Assembly: GCA_010093995.1 (NCBI GenBank)
Contig: ML992511.1
Coordinates: 357,917-421,916 of the forward strand
Direction: 5' to 3'
Length of the DNA: 64,000 nt
DNA from: Elsinoe ampelina
Taxonomy: Eukaryota
Each line of letters starts with the position of its first letter. Positions within the stretch are counted from its first letter, which is position 1. The position numbers and the translations under genes are program-made. Shown piece after piece: positions 60,356-64,000 of the stretch. The notes under the pieces were generated by a model that had not been told where the DNA came from, made no database searches, and worked only from the letters and a program-made list of their open reading frames with translations.

Positions 60356-62285
60356 ATTTGACTCTATGTGAAATTCCAATGTCAACACAATGTTCGACCT
60401 CCTGTGAAGTCCGAGTGCCGATCTATTCCAGATGCAGACTTGTGAATGGTCGAGGTGCGAGGTGTATTCGATATGCGACAACCAGGATGCAAATGTGTAA
60501 GAGTATCCGGAGCAGGCGAAAGGAGAGTAAAAGACATTTACAAAAGGTTATGGACAAGACAAAAGAAATTTGGACGGGTATAATGTTTGTGGTCGGAGTG
60601 AGTCCAGAAACAAAGACGCGACAGACAAGGACAAGTCGAAGCAAAAGGGCAAGATAACTCTATGGGTGTGGTGGTGGCTGATGGCTGATGGCTGACCCCC
60701 CCCCCACGGCTATCTTTGACGGATTTGTCGAGAGATGCTCGCGTGCCACATTGGAACAAGTGTAGGTTTCTGGTACGGCGAGACCGAAAAGAGTCAGAAA
60801 AGGAGTTTCGACGTGCCTGATTCACTCTCCTGCGAGAGCGAGTGTCGTGGTAGGTTTCTGGTTCTGTAGCGGTTGTGGATCGTGGATGGCGGTTGGCGGA
60901 TAACGGTGACGAATGTGTGGAGGGAATCCGTGGTTCTCAACAGTCAGGCGAGAGCTGAGCGAGGCGTCTGGAAGCTCTCCACCGCGAGATGTGGTTGGAA
61001 TGTGGGCTGTCCAAGGGAATTGTGGAAGATCTGGGTCTCGTGGACCTTTTTGGGGGACAAGCAGAGCGAGGGCGAGTTGTGGTTGCTCGGACTGGTACGT
61101 GTTTCACTCGCTGACTCGTTCCCAAGCAGGGTTGAAACGCAGCGAGGGCGAGCAGAAAACGTCGAGACCAGCGGTGGTGGTGTGTTGACGGTTGAAAACA
61201 GCCGTTTCAACACATGGCCGGCGACTTGGCTAGAGGGGGGGGTCGTGCAGAAAGTGCAGGTCACAATTCCTTGTTAAACTCTCGATTCCAAAGTATCTGA
61301 TAGGGATCCTTCGGTGCCTCCATGTGCTCTGTGGGCAGGACACGAGCATGGTCAGGGTGCTCGCTGCTCCGGGGTATCTTTGCGGTGGATAGCAGTCGAT
61401 AGGCTAGCGGAGCGGTAGCATAGATGATTGCCGGCTAGTGATCCAAATGGCTGCAAGCGATGTGCGATTGATTAATGAACAGAGCTACTCGATTGGACGG
61501 CGAGGATATCAGGCTTGATCAAGCACAATCGGACTCGGTCGGCAGGACATTCACGATCGGTAAGTGGCTTGAAGTAACGCAGCCTGATCAGAGGTCGCAC
61601 TACGCGCACCAGAGGCACCAAAAGGCTGTCGCAAAACACTTTGACCGCAGAGTGACACGCTCATTTCGCATGTTTCGGTTTTTGGGTACCAAAATGTCTG
61701 AATGCGTCGAGAGGTATGCGCGTTTCTTTTGTTCTTTGTCTCTGGTTCCCCACTCGACGTCTGCGAGCAATTTCGAGTGGCTCTGCGACTCTCTGCGAGA
61801 CGACGTAAGAGGTGCAGGCGTCCTGGCGAAAAGAGCCAAGAGACACCGCTTCAGGTTGCCCTTATCAGTGATTGCTCAATGATCGCTCTTTGACAGGACG
61901 GCCGGTTGCCTTGGATCTCGCACTAGCAATTTGGCACTGTCACTACCCCCTTCTCACTATACTGTATCTACTGTGCCGCTCCTTTGTACCCATGTAGAAA
62001 TGTAGATTCAATAGCCAAAAGCTGTCCGACCAAGTGTGGTTCGACAGGGATTATTCCTGATAGTGCACCTGCTTGCAACTGATTTCCCATTCGCACAGAT
62101 AACTTAACCTTGACTTTGCAATTTTGCCCCTCCGGGAAAACACGGTCAGGTCGCGTTGCGGTCAAGGATCTGTCCATGCAAGCACTAGCACGCGGCACCG
62201 ATGTGTAATATAAATTAATATGGCGCCCGTGAGGAGTCATGGACGTTTTCGGCTGTCTGCAACCGACCGACCTCGTATGGAGCCC

Positions 62286-64000
62286 TTACCATCTCGGTCG
62301 TGATTGGTCGCTTTTATCGATATTATGCATGGAATCAAGCTCCGATTTGACAGCTGACACGCATTCGTCCATCACGTCCGTTCCCACCCGCCAGCTTCGT
62401 AACATGACCCCTTGACGGTCCATGATGTCCTTTGCTCTGCGCCATCGTCGCTTCCATAGTTCTTCACGCTTGTTCACTGACTGCCCAGTAGTCTCATCGA
62501 TAGCTTCTGTCCCGTTCCAGTAACCGCTCAGGCGTGACGCCGTAGAAGCTGCTGAGGAAGCAACACCTTGGCTCCGCCTTTGCGGGGGAGGTGCTGGATT
62601 ATTGAGTCTAGTCGTCGAATGCAAACTCCTGGTATCTGCAGGTGAGATGGAAGTATTGGATGCAATACTCATGGACCGCGGGCTGTTTGCGTAACCATAT
62701 GATGGGTCCGTGCCGTAGCCGTTCTGTGGCTGTCCGCTCAGTGAAGGCAAGGCGTTGTACGCCGCATTCAACTTGTGCATTGCATACCCGCGCACGCCTT
62801 GGCCTTGTCTGTCAGGGTACACGGGCGCTCGAGTCTCGACAGGCGAACTCTCTTGTACCTGATGTAGTGGTGACGGACTTGTCGGTCGCACACTCGACGA
62901 AGGTTTTCTTGGCCTCGGTGGTGGAGGCTTGATGGTGTTCTGGCTACCAGTTGCCTGTTCAGATGCATCAGATGCACTCCGCAATCTCACAGGCTTCGAT
63001 GGTGGCTGCGGCTTGGGTGTAGATGACGGCGAGCTCAATCCTGCCGGTTTGGCGGGCACCGAAGGTGGTGGTCGGCTAAAGGCGTTCTGTTTGGGAGTAG
63101 GATCGTCGTCGCGCAGGTCAATCAAATCCCCTATATCGGAATCGCTACTTGGCTGATAAGAATCGATAGTCGACTGTGATGGGCGTTGTGGTAGTGGTGG
63201 CCTCTCCTCCCGATCATACCTGCTAAATTGCATTTTTGTCGGTGATGGTCCGTCAGAGAAGATATCCCTTCGTTGACGGGCAGTATCACGCTCCATGTCT
63301 TGTAAGGATGCTGCGATTGCTGCTTCGAGATCCTTGTCATCGTTCTGTATATCCGATGGTCTAGAGAAGCGCTTTGCATGTGACAAGCTATCGACACTTG
63401 GATTCCGTGAGTGTCGATCTCGAGGAGTAGTAGCACCACTGCCGCTCAATGGTCCCATGGACGGGTCAAAGAAGCCTCTATTGCCTGGCATGGTCACATC
63501 ACGGATGAAGACTCCAATGACCCGGCCCGGATTTTCCATGACCACGTCAGTGTACACCTCGAGATCCGCCTCTCCACTATCGCCAATCAACAGGAAGCGT
63601 CGTTCAGGGAAGTCTCTGAACAGTCTTTCCAGCGTGGCTTTCTTCCGCTCTGCTACTGGTTCGAAAATTCCCTGAAGCATACCACTGTACTGCTTGAGAT
63701 GGAATGAACCTCTAGGCAGACCTGCTATCGAAAAGAAGCTGGTCATGACGGGAAAGAGTTGCCAGGGCGAGTTGGAGACATAATGTAGCTGGACACCAAG
63801 ATCAGACATCTTGTTATACCACTCCTTGACGCCTTCCACTGTCAACTCGCTCAGATCTCGGATAAAGGCGTTGCGGAATATCTCTCGGGCACCTCGTGTG
63901 ATGGCTGAATGCCGAATGGTATCATCGATGTCGCTGATCAGACTGACACCTTTCGATTCTACCACTTTGACCTCTTCTTGGATCGACAAGTCTTCCATGG
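62286..64000 (-). CDS. APP1: Phosphatidate phosphatase App1 (actin patch protein), 3' part; 5' end lies beyond the window
   Basis: HAD-like catalytic motif GVSLISDIDDTI, then HYVSNSPWQL, GSFHLKQY and FLLIGDSGEADLEVY, a UIM-like DLEAAIAASL and a Pro-rich tail. Confidence 0.9.
   Translation of the reverse strand, partial: MEDLSIQEEVKVVESKGVSLISDIDDTIRHSAITRGAREIFRNAFIRDLSELTVEGVKEWYNKMSDLGVQLHYVSNSPWQLFPVMTSFFSIAGLPRGSFHLKQYSGMLQGIFEPVAERKKATLERLFRDFPERRFLLIGDSGEADLEVYTDVVMENPGRVIGVFIRDVTMPGNRGFFDPSMGPLSGSGATTPRDRHSRNPSVDSLSHAKRFSRPSDIQNDDKDLEAAIAASLQDMERDTARQRRDIFSDGPSPTKMQFSRYDREERPPLPQRPSQSTIDSYQPSSDSDIGDLIDLRDDDPTPKQNAFSRPPPSVPAKPAGLSSPSSTPKPQPPSKPVRLRSASDASEQATGSQNTIKPPPPRPRKPSSSVRPTSPSPLHQVQESSPVETRAPVYPDRQGQGVRGYAMHKLNAAYNALPSLSGQPQNGYGTDPSYGYANSPRSMSIASNTSISPADTRSLHSTTRLNNPAPPPQRRSQGVASSAASTASRLSGYWNGTEAIDETTGQSVNKREELWKRRWRRAKDIMDRQGVMLRSWRVGTDVMDECVSAVKSELDSMHNIDKSDQSRPRW

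Noticed and set aside
60675..60705. (TGGCTGA)3 followed by a C-run
   Set aside because: It is a trivial simple repeat.

Overview
Gene-dense, intron-containing window from a filamentous ascomycete (Pezizomycotina, probably a Dothideomycete; the taxon is inferred from gene content only). About 24 protein-coding genes can be rebuilt by hand across their introns. Most are conserved housekeeping genes: an MFS transporter, CDK8/SSN3, a class II G-alpha, DSC2, a CM1 protein, alpha-1,3-glucan synthase, an EngB GTPase, FMC1, an NDUFA4-like gene, COX12, sphingosine-phosphate lyase, a serine carboxypeptidase, a LisH-WD40 protein, TMEM115, MRPL33, SEC6, RRP12 and APP1. The window also holds the known divergent Pra1/Aspf2-ZrfC zinc-scavenging locus, a 338-bp TA-flanked MITE and a degenerate tRNA-like element. 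The best candidate for an undescribed system is a head-to-head pair 326 bp apart (48552-57455). One gene encodes a ~2318-aa ZNFX1-like SF1 RNA helicase fused to three CbxX/SpoVK-type AAA+ modules. The other encodes a ~470-aa protein with Rai1/DXO-like nuclease motifs and an N-terminal RGG tract. Together they suggest a fungal RNA-surveillance or antiviral sensor-effector module. About 13 blocks that switch from C-rich to G-rich on the + strand, regardless of gene orientation, also recur across the window. All calls rest on motif recognition by eye; no database searches were run.
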